Positions 40,358 through 51,500 of a stretch of DNA of 64,000 nucleotides are shown piece by piece; positions within the stretch are counted from its first letter, which is position 1, and every line of letters starts with the position of its first letter. Both the position numbers and the translations under genes were made by a program. Source of the DNA: Azolla caroliniana (lineage: Eukaryota > Plantae > Polypodiophyta); contig JBHGNT010000007.1 in NCBI GenBank assembly GCA_043228905.1, positions 868,001-932,000 on the forward strand, written 5' to 3'. The notes beneath the pieces are model-generated. The model made no database searches. It was not told the origin of the DNA and saw only the letters and a program-made list of their open reading frames with translations.

Positions 40358-41236
40358 TGACCTCAAATTGCACGACATCTGAATCTATTGCCATTAAATT
40401 GGACCCATCAATCTGGTTCAAATTATAATCAAGTATCACTAATTAGCTTGGGAAATATGTATGATATAGTGTTGAGTGACGTATTAGTGATTCACATCTC
40501 ATTAATGCTGTTCTCGTACGCCCTAATCCATTAAACCTAGCTAATTAACCCCTTATTAAACATGATTCCTTAATGGATCATACGACAATAATATACTTCA
40601 AGATTCCTTCCAATCGGAGGCCATACATTGCCACCATCCACACACCATGGGTATTTGCCAGAGTATGTGGTTCATTGCCCTACATTAATTCCATGATTAG
40701 AAGTACACATACCCTGCATACAATATTTCTAATAGAATTGGAAGGTTCGATGGAATTATGTGGTGTTCATTTGGCCATTATTACCGCATGGTTTTGTAAC
40801 CCGTTGCTTAAGAATCTCGTGTTAAAATTTGTTTGAATCAGGTAAGTAACCCCCATCCCTTAAATGTATATCACATTCCATGAACCAAATGTCTGTAGAA
40901 GATGTCATCTTTAATTCAGAAATTGTTAATTGGTATTCCTTATTGATGGATGTTTTGATTAACTCATTCAGCTAATAATAGTGCGATGTCTTTATTATAA
41001 GTGGCTTATTACTTCAATCCTAATTACTCAAATTCAAACATTTCAAAACTATGAAGCATTCATTTCAATTTGGTATCTGTAATTGTCTTCATGTTAGCTT
41101 AGCATTGAGAATTTGTATTGTTTCAAACCCAGTTTCATAGAAATTTTTTAATGCATGTGAATTTGTTAATCATCCTTCGTCATTTAATGTTTGTTTTAAC
41201 TTTAATATTCTAGCCATGAATATTGAATCATGTTTT

Positions 41237-42674
41237 TGTTATGTAAGATTGTCCCTCCTTATGGGGGAGTCGGCTAAAAAGCCAGAATCGGCCGAGAAGC
41301 TGAAATGAGAGTCGCCTGGTCGAATTCGGCCGAAAAGGGATTCAATCATATAGAAGTCAACCAAATAGAAGTTTAAACGAATATGTACATATACATATAT
41401 GCATGTGTGAGATAAGTTAGTATATATAGAGAGAGTTGTATTAGCGGCGTATGTATGTGGGATAACTCACTGAGTGTATAACAGTGAGAGAAGTGCGCGA
41501 AAGTAAACTCTTGTGAATAAGCGCGCGCGCGTGTGATCTCGGTGTATCAGAGCATGAGAGAGTGAACACGAGTGTTAACACAGTTGTTGCTGTGAAAGAG
41601 AGTGAGCGTGTGACAAAGAGAAATATAGTGAGATAACACAATGGTGGTTGTGAGAGTGCGAGTGATATAACTCTGCAATTGAGTGTCAAAGGAAGCAAAA
41701 AAAGAAGAGTGTAACAGAGAAGAAAGAGAAACAGAACATAGAAGTTTTGAAAGGTTCGAAGGAGATAGATACCTACGAGTTAGGGTTTGGTGCACTTGAC
41801 TGAAACCACAATTTCAGATAACAACCTGAGAGTACATCCATACCGAATCAGGTTCTATCATTCTATGATTGTATTTCTTCTTGTCTCGTAGTGGAAATCT
41901 TGTTCACCGTGGTTTTTCCCTGAAATCAAGGTTTTCCACATAAATAGTGTGTTACTTGTTTTATTCTGTTTGTGTCTCAGTATATAGGTGGTCTACGTCT
42001 GAGTGTAATATCTATCAAACTGGTATCAGAGCATAGTTTCTAGATGGAAGGGAATGTGAATGGCTTTCTGGGGATGATTGTCCTAAACTCACAAAACTAC
42101 TCAGACTGGAAGATCAAAATGGAAGATCTTTTGATAGTTAAAGATTTGTATGAGCCTATAGAAAAGGAAGACATACCTAGAGGGGTAATAGAATCTGAGT
42201 GGAAAACTCTAAATAGAAAGGCAGTCGCAACCATAAGATAGTGTGTAGACATTAGCATTCTACAACATGTAGCAAGTGATATAAATGCCTATGAGTTATG
42301 GCAAAAACTCTCAGCCCTCTACGAAAGGCAGTCGCAACCATAAGATAGTGTGTAGACATTAGCGTTCTACAACATGTAACAAGTGATATAAATGCCTATG
42401 AGTTATGGCAAAAACTCTCACCCTCTACGAAAGGAAAAATGCCTTAAATAAAACTTCCCTAATGAGAAAAATAGTGAGACTAAAGTACATAGATGGGGAG
42501 AGTATCGAAGAGCACATAAATACTTTCACGGGTCTGCTAAACCAGTTAACATCAGCGAAGTTCCTATTAGATGATGCTATGCAGGCCACACTACTACTAT
42601 GTACTCTACCGGACTGTTGGGAAAACCTAATAATGACACTCAGTACCTCATGTAAAGAAGACAACCTATCTTTA
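41237..42674 (+). mobile_element. Truncated copia element: 5' LTR, PBS and gag fragment
   Basis: LTR ~41237-42017. PBS TGGTATCAGAGC at 42021. gag (LNSQNYSDWKIKMEDLL, LLCTLPDCWENL) has a stop and a 107-bp internal tandem duplication, and ends abruptly at the GATA copy. Confidence 0.88.
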
Positions 42675-43675
42675 CATTCTTCAGTCCTGATCATCATCCG
42701 GAAGAAGATTTAATGTATGATTTCCGCAATATCAGTTACGAAGATAATAATAATAACATGATTCAATTCAATCCGAGGTCAAAAAATAATAATTATGAAG
42801 GTGAGGATGATGAATACTGTACAGTAATGGCGCACCAGAATGATCCTCACATAATAAATGAGGAGCAGCTACTGCCATTAGACGAACCACAGGATATTAA
42901 TTACAGTAATTCTCATGACCATGCTAATAATGGCGGATTTAATCTGCCTAATCATATCTCTAATTATACTTCGTCAATCACAATTTTCTACCGTGACAGC
43001 TACAGTTACTACTTCTGATCATCGTCTATTTCAGCATAAAGATCTTCATCAACAGCAACATCCTTACATTAATCCATTACCATATCATGATCCGATTGGA
43101 AATAGTAATGCTTCCTTGCCCATGAATCATACTTATTATGATCGCCATCACTATAACTATGTGCAGAGCATGATGAATCCGTGCAGCAGAGTTTGTGCTC
43201 ACTGCAAAACCAGGAAGATTCCCCTCTGGAGAAATGGACCTCATGGGCCTAAGGTACAGTAACTAAAATTATACATACCAAAATTAACCAGAGTTTTAAC
43301 TCCATAATTAGATCGAACTAACTAATTGAAATTTTCCTGTATGTATGGCTGTAGTCACTGTGCAATGCCTGCGGGATCCGATTCAAGAAAGAGGAGAGGC
43401 GGGGGATCCGATTCAAGAAAGAGGAGAGGCGGAATCACACCATCAATAGGGCACCATCAATACTATTGATCCTGCACCATCGCTAGGTGTATACTCTGCA
43501 GGAAACGATCACAACATCACTAATTGCTACAAGCATATAACTGATCATCACGACATGAATCATCTTACCATTAATCGCAGTGCCGACAGCGCTAACCGAT
43601 TACACGCTAATCATGATTATATCAGCATTAACCATGAAGCTAATGTGGTTTCCTTTAATCACAGTACTTATCATC

Positions 43676-43755
<80 letters not shown>

Positions 43756-44580
43756 CGTCATCGTCATCGTCATTATCATCATAATGTCTTCTCCAGTAGT
43801 ATTCATATCGATTGATGACCTCAAATTGCACGACATCTGAATCTATTGCCATTAAATTGGGCCCATAAATCTGGTTCAAATTATAATCAAGTATCACTAA
43901 TTAGCTTGGGAAATATGTATGATATAGTGTTGAGTGACATATTAGTGATGCACATCTCATTAATGCTGTTCTCGTAAGCCCTAATTCATTAAACCTAGCT
44001 AATTAACCCCCTTATTAAACATGATTCCTTAATGGATCATATGACGATAATATAATTCAAAATTCCTTCCAATCGAATGCCATATATTGCCACCATCCAC
44101 ACACCCTGGATATTTGCCAGAGTACGTGGTTCATTGCCCTACATTAATTCCATGATTAGAAGTACATATACCCTGCATACAATATTTCTAATCGAATAGT
44201 AAGGCTCGATGGAATTATGTTGACCTGTTCATTTGACCATCTTTACCACATGATTTTGAAACTCATTGCCTAAGAATCTCGTGTTAAAATTTGTTTGAAT
44301 CAGGTAAGTAAACCCCATCCCTTAAATGTATATCACATTCCATGAACCAAATGTCTTTAGAAGATGTCATCTTTAATTCAGAAATTGTTTATTGGTATTC
44401 CTTATCGATGGATGTTTTGATCAACTCATTCAGCTAATAACAGTGGGATGTCTTTCTTATAAGTGGCTTATTATTTCAAGCATTTCAGAATTATGATGCA
44501 TTCATTTCAGAATTACTCAAAATTCAAGCATTTCAGAATTATGATGCATTCATTTCAATTTGGTATCTGTAATTGTCTTT
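42674..44580 (+). pseudogene. 5'-truncated duplicate of the HAN-like GATA gene (exon 2 part, intron 2, exon 3, 3' flank)
   Basis: Co-linear with 39297-~41090. Intron retained (43254-43354). Frameshift at ~42975, in-frame 30-bp duplication after the finger, and (AAT)n expansion at 43678-43755. Confidence 0.9.
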
Positions 44581-44906
44581 ATTAAGATCCGCAGTGAAAA
44601 ATACGATAACGAAGATGGGATTAGTAGTCTGAATGGGTTGCTAATAAGTTGCAAAACATCGAATGGATTATTAATGATTGAAGAATGGTATATGAATTAC
44701 AGATTAACTACAAAACTTTTATTTCAGAAGATGATATATATATATACACAATATATATATACATATATACACAATATATATATACATATATAAAGATATA
44801 CTACAAATTACATCTGCTTGAGAAGAGGTAATATAGTTCCGAAATAATTCCATTTACTAGGGTTACAAACATGATACATACATATTTAGTAGCTCGTTCC
44901 CTTAAA

Positions 44907-44959
44907 TTAAACCAGAAAAAGCAGCACTCCAACAGAAAAAGCAGCAGCGGCAGCAGCAG

Positions 44960-45004
<45 letters not shown>

Positions 45005-45143
45005 GTGTCTGCGTTGCACTTGAACCCGTTGGCATTGACCTTGACCTTGACCTTGACCTTGAACTTGACGTTTTCCGTGCCAGCACCTGCCCCACCTGCA
45101 GAAGAAGCAGAAGCAGAAGCAGAAGAATGGCCATCTTCTTCAT
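44907..45143 (-). CDS. Small secreted Ser/Arg-rich peptide, possible GPI-anchored (AG-peptide-like architecture), 78 aa
   Basis: GCCACCATG start. MKKMAILLLLLLLLLQVGQVLA signal-peptide-like N-terminus, Ser-rich core and hydrophobic C-terminus AAAAAAAFSVGVLLFLV. TATAAATA ~50 bp upstream and a plant-like 3' UTR. Confidence 0.6.
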
Positions 45144-45191
45144 GGTGGCCAATGAAAGTGGCCATGGCAATACACACAAGAAAGGAGAAAT

Positions 45192-45201
45192 CTATTTATA
45201 T
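45192..45201 (-). promoter_or_regulatory. TATA box of the small peptide gene
   Basis: Minus strand reads atataaatag ~50 bp upstream of the ATG at 45143. Confidence 0.5.
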
Positions 45202-45377
45202 TCATGATTCATGAAGAAGGAAAGAGTTAATATTGTTTCTCAAGGTCTCCAAGGAAATAAAGAGGGGTCAACACTTCCTTCCCTTTATTTTCCAAGAGGG
45301 TCGGTCCACACGAAAAGTTAAAAAGTAAATAAATAGGAAAAAGAAAATATTAAACGAAAAGATAGATAATATGTAGT

Positions 45378-46070
45378 CACTAGTGTATGAAAACGTATTG
45401 AGTTCATGTTTCAACGAGTTCCGTTGAAAAATTGAGTTCTAAGTCTATTTTTCAACGGAACTTGTTGAAAACACTATTTTTCAGCAAGATTCGATACATT
45501 GCATCGAGTTCTTGTTGAAAACTATTCTTGTATCTAGTTCTCCATACCTGAGTTTTCAACAAGAACTCGACACATGGTATCGAGCTTTATCAAGTTCATG
45601 TCTAAAGTTTTTTTTTTCTTTGGTTTTTTTAAAATTTCTGTTGATTTTTTTCGATTTATTTTGGTTATTTTTTTTTGAAATTGTTTTTAAGGTTGAGGTG
45701 ATGAAAAAACCAGAGTTTTCATCACAATTCAATCCAATGTATTGAATTCATGTTTAAAGTTTTTTTTTTCTAAAAAGATAAAAAAAAAACCAAAAAAATA
45801 AAAACAAAATAAAATTAAAAAAGTAAAAAAGGAAAAAGAAAAAAGAAAAAAGAAAAAAGAACAATTACTTTAAACATGAACTCAATATATTGTTTTGAAT
45901 TGTGATGAAAGTTCTGATTTTTTCATCAACTCAAGCTCAAAAGTTTTCTTTTAATCTGGGAAAAAAATTTTGAACATGAATTTCATCATTGTATCAAATT
46001 GTGATGAAAACTTTGTTTTTTACATCAACTGAATACAATATATCGAGTTCATGTTTTAAAATGTTTTTTT
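45378..46070 (+). mobile_element. Probable CACTA transposon terminus with subterminal repeats
   Basis: Begins CACTAGTG, followed by many direct and inverted copies of gagttc(a/t)tg / tcaac..gaact / gttgaaaa. No partner terminus seen. Confidence 0.5.
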
Positions 46071-46491
46071 TCCAAATAAAAGAGCTTTTTTAAACATGAC
46101 ATCGAATTATACTAAAATCTTTGTTTTTATAAGAGAAAAAGAAGCATATCGATAATGCAAAGAAGTATGTAACACAATAAGATACCTTATGGTGAACATA
46201 TTCTTCATTTATCAACAAAAAACCATTAATAATTGTGTTGATTGTTATTGAACCTTGTGCTGAGAATCGAACCCAAGTTCCCAAATGAATTGGATTTCAC
46301 AATAGCAAGTGGACATACTAGGCTAGTTTTATAAATAGTAGAAAGGGCATTTGCCTTAGGTTAGTTGGTATTTAAACCAACCTTTTGTAACTTAGTTACT
46401 GTTGGAGTAATTTTATCTCTTGCTAATATAGCTTCTTGCTCTCTCTCTCTCTCTCTCCCTCTCCCTCTCCCTCTCCCTCTTTGGTTGTCCA

Positions 46492-46541
<50 letters not shown>

Positions 46542-47407
46542 TCACTTCCGCTGCATAGCATCACTTATGCCTCGCATATCTTTACATGGTATCAAAGTGT
46601 GTGGTTGTCTAATCAAACTTTCTCAACTATGTTGTGCTACACACCGATGATCAACAGAACCGGTTCTACAACAAAGAAGAAGATTACTATGAATACAAAG
46701 ATGGAAAGCGCTCTACCCACCAATAAACTTGACAAAACAAACGTTGCATCTTGGGAATACAAGATGCATCAATACCTTGTTGGTTAAGGATATTGGAGTT
46801 ATATTGAGGGAGGTTAAGAAACACAACCCAACTCAAAACATGCTGACTGTCATGATAACAGTCACATCATGCATCGAAAGGATCATGACACTCACATTAT
46901 GACTCGAAAGGATTTGAACCCACGACCTTGTTGTACACATGTCAAATCCTTAACCATTGTATTAATATTCTTATATGTATAGTCTCTAGAATATGAAATC
47001 TAATATCATAGGAATATTCTATATTACTCTACATTCTAGAATGACCTAGAATATTCTAGAGTGTTCTATACCACTAGAACCTTCTAGAATACTCTAGAGA
47101 TCTTCTAGATTACTCTACATTCTAGGATAACCTAGAATATTCTAGAGAGTTCTCTATTACTTATAAATAGGGATCTACCACCCATCCCAAACTTAAATTG
47201 GTTCAACGCCATTTTGTAGCCTACTCTTTGTAATCCATTTTACGCTTCAATATAATAATTCTCTTTCAATTATCTCTCTATCTCTTTTTCTCTCTCTTTC
47301 TCTCTCTCAGTCTTGACAGTTTGAACCAATTTGTTTTCCTTTCATCTCTTCGTCTTCCACAAACCCTAACAAGTTCTCTTCTTCCTTCTCCTCTCCCCTC
47401 ATAAGCT

Positions 47408-48532
47408 ATGGAGTCCGTGAGCAAACAAGAATACATGCGTGTTCTTTCTGAGCTCGACATGCTCACGAATAAATTTGTGGCATTAGAGCATGAGAATCAA
47501 AGGCTACTTGGAGATCTACAGCACGTGAGCGCCGAAAAAGCTCAACAATATGAAGAGTTATCACAGCGGGTTCATCAACTTGAGGCGACTATATTGTCAT
47601 TACGAGAGCAAGCGTCGGGGGCTCAGAACTCCCCTAGAGAGCCAAAGATCAGCCTCCCTGCCAAGTTTGATGGTACGAGGTCTTTATTTCGAGGCTTTTT
47701 GAATCAAGTTCGTTTAGTTATTCAGCTACATCCCAATCGGTATCCAACTGATGCTGCTCGTGTGGGATTAGTGGGAACTTTGCTATGCGGTACGGCGTTA
47801 GCATGGTTCGCACCACTTCTCGAGAAGAAATCACCATTGCTGGAGGATTTCGAGGCCTTTGTTAAAGAGTTTCAAGCTAGTTTCGGAGACACCGACAGCA
47901 CTAGGACAGCGATAAACAAGATTCGAAGGCTCCGACAAGGAGATCGTCCCGCGTCGTCTTATGCAGCCGATTTCCGTCTCTTGGCATGCGATATCCCTTG
48001 GGATGAGGCAGCTTTAATGGATCAATTCCGTCAAGGTTTGAGAAATGATGTCAAAGATCTTCTTCTTACTTTCCCTGAAGATCCGAAGTCACTTACAGAA
48101 GCCATTAGTCGAGCTGTGCGATGTGATAATCGCCTATTTGAGCGACGTTCTGAGCGCCAACAAATGTTACGCCGCCAACCTGAACAGACTTACGCTTCCG
48201 TAGTCGCAACGCCTCCACAAGTTTCTAGACCCATTACAAGGGATGGCCCAACTCCGATGGAAATAGAGTCAACACAACGTCGTGGGCCGTTATCAGATGC
48301 TGAGAAGCAACGACGTCGAGCGCATCGCCTCTGCCTGTATTGTGGTGGTCCAGGACATATAGCTGTAAATTGTCCACATAAACCTAGGCGTCAAGTATAC
48401 CAAGTAAGTGCCCATGAAAACCCTACATCGAGTTCTATTGTTACTTCTAATAACATAAATAAGCCTCATAGTCCATGTCATGAGAATAGATTCGATGTCT
48501 TGAGTCAATTAGAGGATGTGTTAAACGAGTAA
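47408..48532 (+). CDS. gag: Gag (coiled-coil N-terminus, capsid, CCHC knuckle)
   Basis: PAKFDG, LRQG...YAADF, GPTPMEI, CLYCGGPGHIAVNC. Confidence 0.95.
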   Translation: MESVSKQEYMRVLSELDMLTNKFVALEHENQRLLGDLQHVSAEKAQQYEELSQRVHQLEATILSLREQASGAQNSPREPKISLPAKFDGTRSLFRGFLNQVRLVIQLHPNRYPTDAARVGLVGTLLCGTALAWFAPLLEKKSPLLEDFEAFVKEFQASFGDTDSTRTAINKIRRLRQGDRPASSYAADFRLLACDIPWDEAALMDQFRQGLRNDVKDLLLTFPEDPKSLTEAISRAVRCDNRLFERRSERQQMLRRQPEQTYASVVATPPQVSRPITRDGPTPMEIESTQRRGPLSDAEKQRRRAHRLCLYCGGPGHIAVNCPHKPRRQVYQVSAHENPTSSSIVTSNNINKPHSPCHENRFDVLSQLEDVLNE

Positions 48533-51500
48533 GTCCGGCCAAAATAGGAGCCATTTGGCTGGACCATCCTAGCTATGTAGAGTTAGTTCCTAGTCGTGGT
48601 TCCATTTCATCAAATCAAGTGAGTCGAGTTTTTTCAGCACAAGTCGAGCTTACCACATCTACATGTCATCGAGTCCTAGCCTCTGCCCTTCTAGATTCTG
48701 GAGCCAACTCTTGTTTCATGGATCGTGAATTTGCCTTGTCACAAAACATCCTCTTGAATAAGCTTCCCAACCCAGTAGCCGTAGGAGTCATCGATGGACG
48801 TCCCATAGCATCAGGAGATATAGTCGAGGAGTCCGAGCCAATTAGGATAGTTCTTGGCAATTTGGCAAGCCTAATCTCTTTCAATATTATTCGTAGTCCG
48901 GACCACCCAATAGTTCTAGGTCTCCCCTGGTTTGAACTCCATAACCCGAAGATTGATTGGATGAAAAGAACAATTGAGGAGACTCGGGAAAAAAGCACAA
49001 ATCCCGCATCCCTCTCTCCTACATGTGCTAATAGATCCCCGGAGTTATCGCCCATCTCTTTACGACAGTTGCGGGAGGAAGGGGGGAACGAGGCCATGTT
49101 CGTCTTCGCAATAGTAGCAACTCCATCATCCACTTCACGTGACGCGGATATTAAACTACCAGAGATATACAAGGAGTTTTCAGATGTCTTTGATAAGGTG
49201 AAGGCCAATACATTGCCGGAGCATCGGCCATACGACTGCCCTATTGACTTACAACCAGGGAAAGAACCTCCATGGGGCCCAATTTATAATCTCTCCCCTG
49301 TAGAGCTAGAGACTTTGCGGGAATATATTGATGAGAATCTGGCAAACGGATTCATTCGGCATTCTAGATCCCCTGCTGGTGCACCTATCTTCTTCGTTAA
49401 GAAGAAGAATGGGACTCTTCGGTTGGTCGTGGATTATCGAGGGCTAAACAAAGTGACTATCCGAAATAGATATGCTCTACCATTAATCCCGAATATTTTG
49501 GAACGTCTCAGTGGTGCAAAATATTTCACGAAGTTGGACCTTCGCGGAGCATATAATCTAGTTCGGATTCGCCCGGGGGATGAATGGAAGACAGCTTTCC
49601 GCACTCGCTATGGACATTTTGAGTATACAGTGATGCCATTTGGTCTCACGAATGCACCTGCTGTTTTCCAACATATGGCGAACGATATTTTTCGAGATTT
49701 TCTTGATATCTTCACTATAGTTTACCTAGATGATATTTTAATCTACTCAAAGACCCAAGAGGAACATGATGCACATGTTCGTCAAGTACTGTGCCGACTC
49801 CGAGAATATGGTCTCTACGCAAAATTAGAAAAGTGTAGTTTCGGCCAGAATCAAGTGGAATTTTTGGGGTATGTTGTATCGTCAAATGGTATTGCTATGG
49901 ACCCCATGAAGGTACAGGCAATTTTAGAGTGGCAAACGCCCCTTTCAGTGCGTGATGTGCAATGTTTTCTCGGGTTTGCAAATTTTTATCGAAAATTTAT
50001 TAAAGATTATTCCAAGGTTGTGCTTCCGCTTACTCAGCTCACACATAAAGATCAACCATTTATATGGAGTTCAGATGCATCCGAGGCATTCGAAAGCTTA
50101 AAACGAGCATTTACAACGGCACCTATCTTAGCACATGTCGACCCAACAAAACGCTTCATCCTCGAAGCCGATGCATCCGATTTTGCACTAGGGAGTGTCC
50201 TCTCGCAGACTGGAGATGATGGACAACTACACCCTGTCGCCTTTCATTCACGAAAGTTTGAAGCTGCAGAGATCAACTACGAGATCCATGACAAAGAGCT
50301 TCTTGCAATCGTGGATTCGTTTCAACAATGGCGACATTTCCTAGAAGGTTCTTCTCAGCAGATCATTGTCTACAATGATCATAAGAACCTGACTTATTTC
50401 CAAAATGCTCGAGTCTTGAGTCGGCGACAAGCCCGGTGGGCGCAATTTTTGACTCACTTCGACTTTATCATCATATATCGCCCTGGGATGCAACAAGGCA
50501 AAGCAGATGCTCTTTCTCGGCGCTCTTATATGGAACTTCGTCCAGGGGAACCTGCTTTTGAGCATCAAAAACAAATCCTTTTGGGTCCTAATCGATTACG
50601 ATTAATGGTAGTTAACGCCATAACAGCTCTTGAAAATTCCACTCTTCTTGATTCCATTCGAGATCATATGGCCACTGATGATTTCGTCAAGGATGTTTTG
50701 GATCATATCGTCCCGGATCGTGCTTCTTGCTCACAGTCGAAAAATCCTCGTAATGACTATTGTCAGTTCTATTGGCATGATGGTTTTCTATTTCGACAAA
50801 ATTTATTGTATGTTCCTGATGGTCCCCCACGGCTACAAGTTTTGCAACATTGCCATGACTCACCAATGGCTGGTCATTTTGGAGTTCACAAGACTCTAGA
50901 ATTAATTTCTCGATGCTATTGGTGGCCTCACCTTCGTCATTTTGTTGAGGAGTATGTTCGGAGTTGTGATATATGTTGTCGATCAAAGAATCCTCGTCAC
51001 CGACCCTATGGCTTACTACAACCACTTCCCATTCCGGAAACACCTTGGAAGTCTATATCCTTGGACTTCATTACTGATCTCCCAGTTTCAAAAGGTTTTG
51101 ATGCAATTCTCACAGTGGTTGATCGATTTACCAAAATGGCACATTTCTTGCCATGTACAAAGTCGATTACTAGTCAAGAGACGGCTGATCTCGTTATGCG
51201 GGAGGTATTTAAGCATCATGGTCTGCCAGATGATATTATTAGTGATCGTGGTCCACAATTCATCTCAAAGTTTTGGAAGCACCTGTTCAAACTTCTCCAC
51301 ATTTCAGTTAAGCTTTCTTCGGGCTATCATCCTGAAACAAATGGCCAAACAGAGCGTACCAACCAGACATTGGAACAATATCTTCGTTGTTTCATCAACT
51401 ATCAACAAGATGATTGGGTTGCATTTTTGCACTTGGCGGAATTCGCTTACAACAACTCAGCCCATTCTTCTACAGGATATTCCCCATTTTTCGCAAATAC

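Noticed and set aside
42710-42715. TAATG stop-start overlap between the gag frame and the GATA copy
   Set aside because: The sequence comes from the parent gene's TTA ATG codons, and gag is disrupted upstream, so coupled translation is unlikely.
43580-43897. Poly-Ile and poly-Tyr ORFs
   Set aside because: Alternative-frame readings of the (AAT)n microsatellite.
46258-46280. tRNA B-box-like GGGTTCGATTCTC on the minus strand
   Set aside because: It coincides with the copia LTR start (tgctgagaatcgaacccaa, compare tgttgagaatcaagctcaa in family A/C), and no cloverleaf forms.
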